A stretch of 64,000 nucleotides of DNA, from contig NW_027437439.1 in NCBI RefSeq assembly GCF_964204645.1, forward strand, positions 75,001 to 139,000. The letters are read 5' to 3'. Below the pieces are notes generated by a model. The model ran no database searches. It saw only the letters and a list, made by a program, of their open reading frames with translations, and was not told the DNA's origin. The DNA is from Tubulanus polymorphus. Taxonomy: Eukaryota; Animalia; Nemertea. A program made the translations under genes and the position numbers. Shown in pieces: positions 61,274 through 64,000 of the stretch (positions are counted from its first letter, which is position 1; the number at the start of each line of letters is the position of its first letter).

Positions 61274-64000
61274 TTATTTACTGGATGTCGTCAATCCTAG
61301 TCGTCGTTTATTGCGTTCACGAATAGATTTCATATCGATTGTTAGTATCGTATAAAGAAGCGGATTCAGAGACGAGTTGATCGGTAAAAATAGAACGGCC
61401 AGCCAAGCGGCCACCTGGTTCGGTATCTCGACCGAAAATACGGCGCAAAACTGAACGATTATTATCGGTAGCCAGCAAAATAGATTACAAAGATTGATTA
61501 CTAAACTCCTTCGTGCTAAAACCAGTTCGGTAGGATCGGCTCTACCCGAGCCCGACCTACTTCCAGATACGAGTCTATACATCTGAGCGTACGTCGTCAT
61601 TATCGTAGCCAATATGGCCGCATTAAACAAGGCAAAAATAGCGAATGAATAGTGCCAGCCATTGACGTCGATCGTCAGTAAATTCATAGGCAAACAGACT
61701 CCGGTTGTACCGTAAAAATTGTCTCCGAAGTAAGACGACGATGACAGCGGTAGAATAAAAACTGTGCTTATAACGAGCCAACAAATGCAACAAATACCGA
61801 TAACGTATTTCGGAGTTATAATCGGACTTCTAGAAAACGGGTTGACGATATTTGAATATCTCTGACGCGTTAGAATTAAGAGAAAAGTTAAGGAACCTTC
61901 GCTCGAAACGGCGACAATAACCCCGGCGAGACGACATAATGAGCTATCCGTCCAGGTTTCAGAATACAGAAAATAAACGCCTTTGAACACGTAGTCAGCT
62001 CCCGCGATCAAAAACAAATAGACCGACATCAGAAAATCACAACCGGCAATATTTATGATGAGGATATCTGAAGATGTGTTACGTGTTCCGGTGGATTCCA
62101 TCCGCAAAGCTTGAACGCGAAATAAGATAACGATACTGTTAGCGAGAAAACTGAAAGATGCGATCATCCAGATGATGGCTCTCAGTACAGCGTTACCCAT
62201 CAGGTCAGAACAGGTGGAAAATTGATCAGCTTCGGGAAGACATCGGTCAACATTCGGCGCCATGCAGCAAAATTTGTAAGCATCCGAAGCGATGTATTTC
62301 AATGATGTAAGATCGCCAAGGACGTTTCTTTGTACGGATATTACTTCATAATTTTTGACGAGGTCAAGAAATTCAAGTCGAACTAATCCAGAAAAAGCAT
62401 AACTGGAAATATAATGTATTCTGTTACTACTGATATTTAACGACTGTAATGCGGATAAACCTTTAAATACGTTTTTACCGAGAACCGATATAGAAAGTCC
62501 GTGAAGATCGAGAACAGTCAGTGACATCAGACCTCGGAAACTACCGTCTTCTAAATGTTGCAGCGGATTTCCGATAAGAAATAGTTGTTTTAAACCGATC
62601 AAACCTGCGAATGTATTAGCAGATAATGATGTTATGCGGTTGTGAGTAAGGTCTAATGCGTATAGATTGTTTAGATTAGAAAACGCATTTGGAACGATAT
62701 AAGACAAATTATTGCCCGAAATATCGAGAAAACGAAGATAAATGAAAGAGTTGAACGTCGACTCGTTAAATACGACTCGGTTATTCGACAAAATCAAAAC
62801 CCGAGTTGATTCTATAAAAAGACCAGCAATATCTGATAAAAGAGCATTTTCACAATCGATGAAATGACCACGGCAATTACAACGTTCAGAACACGTGACC
62901 TTACAGTATGTCTCGTCATCAGAGTTATGTTTACAATTTACGACTCCGTCGCAGACTTCAGATTGCGGAATACATCGATTTTCCTGGCCACATTTAAACA
63001 TTCCCGGACACGACCAAGTCTCGCAGTTTCGTTCATCTTCTGAATTAGGACAATCGGATCGACCGTCACAAACGTGTCTGATCGGTATACAGTAAGATGC
63101 CGGACATTTTACAGTACCAGCCGCGCATTCGAAGTCATTACACGCGAATATATGTTCAAGATTTCTACATACCGGGAAACCAATTGGCATCCTTTCTAAA
63201 ATACACCTTTCGTGTCGGGAATAACAGCGAGGAGAATTGAACGAACATCTTTGTTCATCCGATTCCTTGCACAGATCTGTGAAACGAGTCGTACAGTGAT
63301 TGTCATTATTACAGTAAACCTCGGGATTCACTGTCATATTGGTGACCAATTCGTCTTCTTCGAGACTTCCGCTACAATCCACGACACCATCCCGATACAA
63401 CTGAGAACTAATACATTCACCGTCCGCGCACGAAAACCCCTGACAAATTTCGGAAGTGCATCCGATCTCATCGGATTCGTCTTTACAGTTGGCTAGTCCG
63501 TCACATCTTTTATAACTATCGATACATTGGTGATTGGAACAGCGATATTGCGTAGATAAACACGGTGGATGGTAGCACGAGTTCTCATCCGAGCCATCGA
63601 CGCAATCTCTCATAAAGTCGCAGAAACCGCTAATCGATATAACCTGTCCATCGTTACAGCGGAACTGACTGTGTAAATTGATATCCGTACAATCGAGTTC
63701 ATCTTCACCGTGTTGACAGTCGTGTCTGGTATCACATACGCGATGGTCGCTGATACATCTTTGGTCGTTACATTCAAACTGCCACGATTTACAACCGCTT
63801 ATAGAAGCTAACTCTACACCAGTTACATTATAGGTACATAACACGGAATGCACTTTATCTTTTGTATTATCGAAAGGTTTCAATAACCATTTAACTGATT
63901 GAATATAAGTAATTTCATTTCTGGTCACCAATGGTTTAATAACTTTAAATCCGTCGCGGTCCATTGTCAGTATAGCGCCATATTGATGTCGATATTGAAA
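61274..64000 (-). CDS. GRL101-like GPCR, copy 3, last exon (LDLa-LRR-7TM); 5' part lies beyond the window
   Basis: Open frame highly similar to exon 3 of copies 1 and 2. Confidence 0.9.
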   Translation of the reverse strand, partial: FQYRHQYGAILTMDRDGFKVIKPLVTRNEITYIQSVKWLLKPFDNTKDKVHSVLCTYNVTGVELASISGCKSWQFECNDQRCISDHRVCDTRHDCQHGEDELDCTDINLHSQFRCNDGQVISISGFCDFMRDCVDGSDENSCYHPPCLSTQYRCSNHQCIDSYKRCDGLANCKDESDEIGCTSEICQGFSCADGECISSQLYRDGVVDCSGSLEEDELVTNMTVNPEVYCNNDNHCTTRFTDLCKESDEQRCSFNSPRCYSRHERCILERMPIGFPVCRNLEHIFACNDFECAAGTVKCPASYCIPIRHVCDGRSDCPNSEDERNCETWSCPGMFKCGQENRCIPQSEVCDGVVNCKHNSDDETYCKVTCSERCNCRGHFIDCENALLSDIAGLFIESTRVLILSNNRVVFNESTFNSFIYLRFLDISGNNLSYIVPNAFSNLNNLYALDLTHNRITSLSANTFAGLIGLKQLFLIGNPLQHLEDGSFRGLMSLTVLDLHGLSISVLGKNVFKGLSALQSLNISSNRIHYISSYAFSGLVRLEFLDLVKNYEVISVQRNVLGDLTSLKYIASDAYKFCCMAPNVDRCLPEADQFSTCSDLMGNAVLRAIIWMIASFSFLANSIVILFRVQALRMESTGTRNTSSDILIINIAGCDFLMSVYLFLIAGADYVFKGVYFLYSETWTDSSLCRLAGVIVAVSSEGSLTFLLILTRQRYSNIVNPFSRSPIITPKYVIGICCICWLVISTVFILPLSSSSYFGDNFYGTTGVCLPMNLLTIDVNGWHYSFAIFALFNAAILATIMTTYAQMYRLVSGSRSGSGRADPTELVLARRSLVINLCNLFCWLPIIIVQFCAVFSVEIPNQVAAWLAVLFLPINSSLNPLLYTILTIDMKSIRERNKRRLGLTTSSK

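Overview
Eukaryotic DNA from an invertebrate, probably a marine spiralian (inferred from GT-AG introns, GRL101-like receptors, SINEs and LINEs). (1) 1-~13340 is a very AT-rich, intronless, decaying endogenous Polinton/adintovirus-like virus with all genes on the minus strand. It encodes a protein-primed PolB with zinc fingers, a penton-like protein, an OB-fold-like protein, five predicted membrane proteins and the start of a probable major capsid gene. Nearly every gene starts in a poxvirus-late-like TAAATG motif, usually preceded by a T7 tract. The element has a ~4.03 kb internal tandem duplication, a Penelope retroelement with hammerhead ribozymes inserted in polB, and a ~180 bp hairpin exactly at its junction with a host receptor gene. 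(2) A cluster of ~1,945-aa, three-exon GRL101/LGR-C2-like GPCR genes (CUB-like, C-type lectin, LDLa, LRR, 7TM): two complete copies, one running off the right edge, and two truncated 5' stubs. (3) Between them is a mosaic: orphan fragments of a TRPV-like gene, of RCC1L and of an intron-containing expansin-like gene (RCC1L appears only as a partial read-through ORF, and the expansin only partly, in the ORF track), a repeated spliced non-coding unit with 9-nt microexons, a second viral gene fragment, a LINE, SINEs, MITEs and satellites. All family assignments come from motif recognition by eye; no database search was run.
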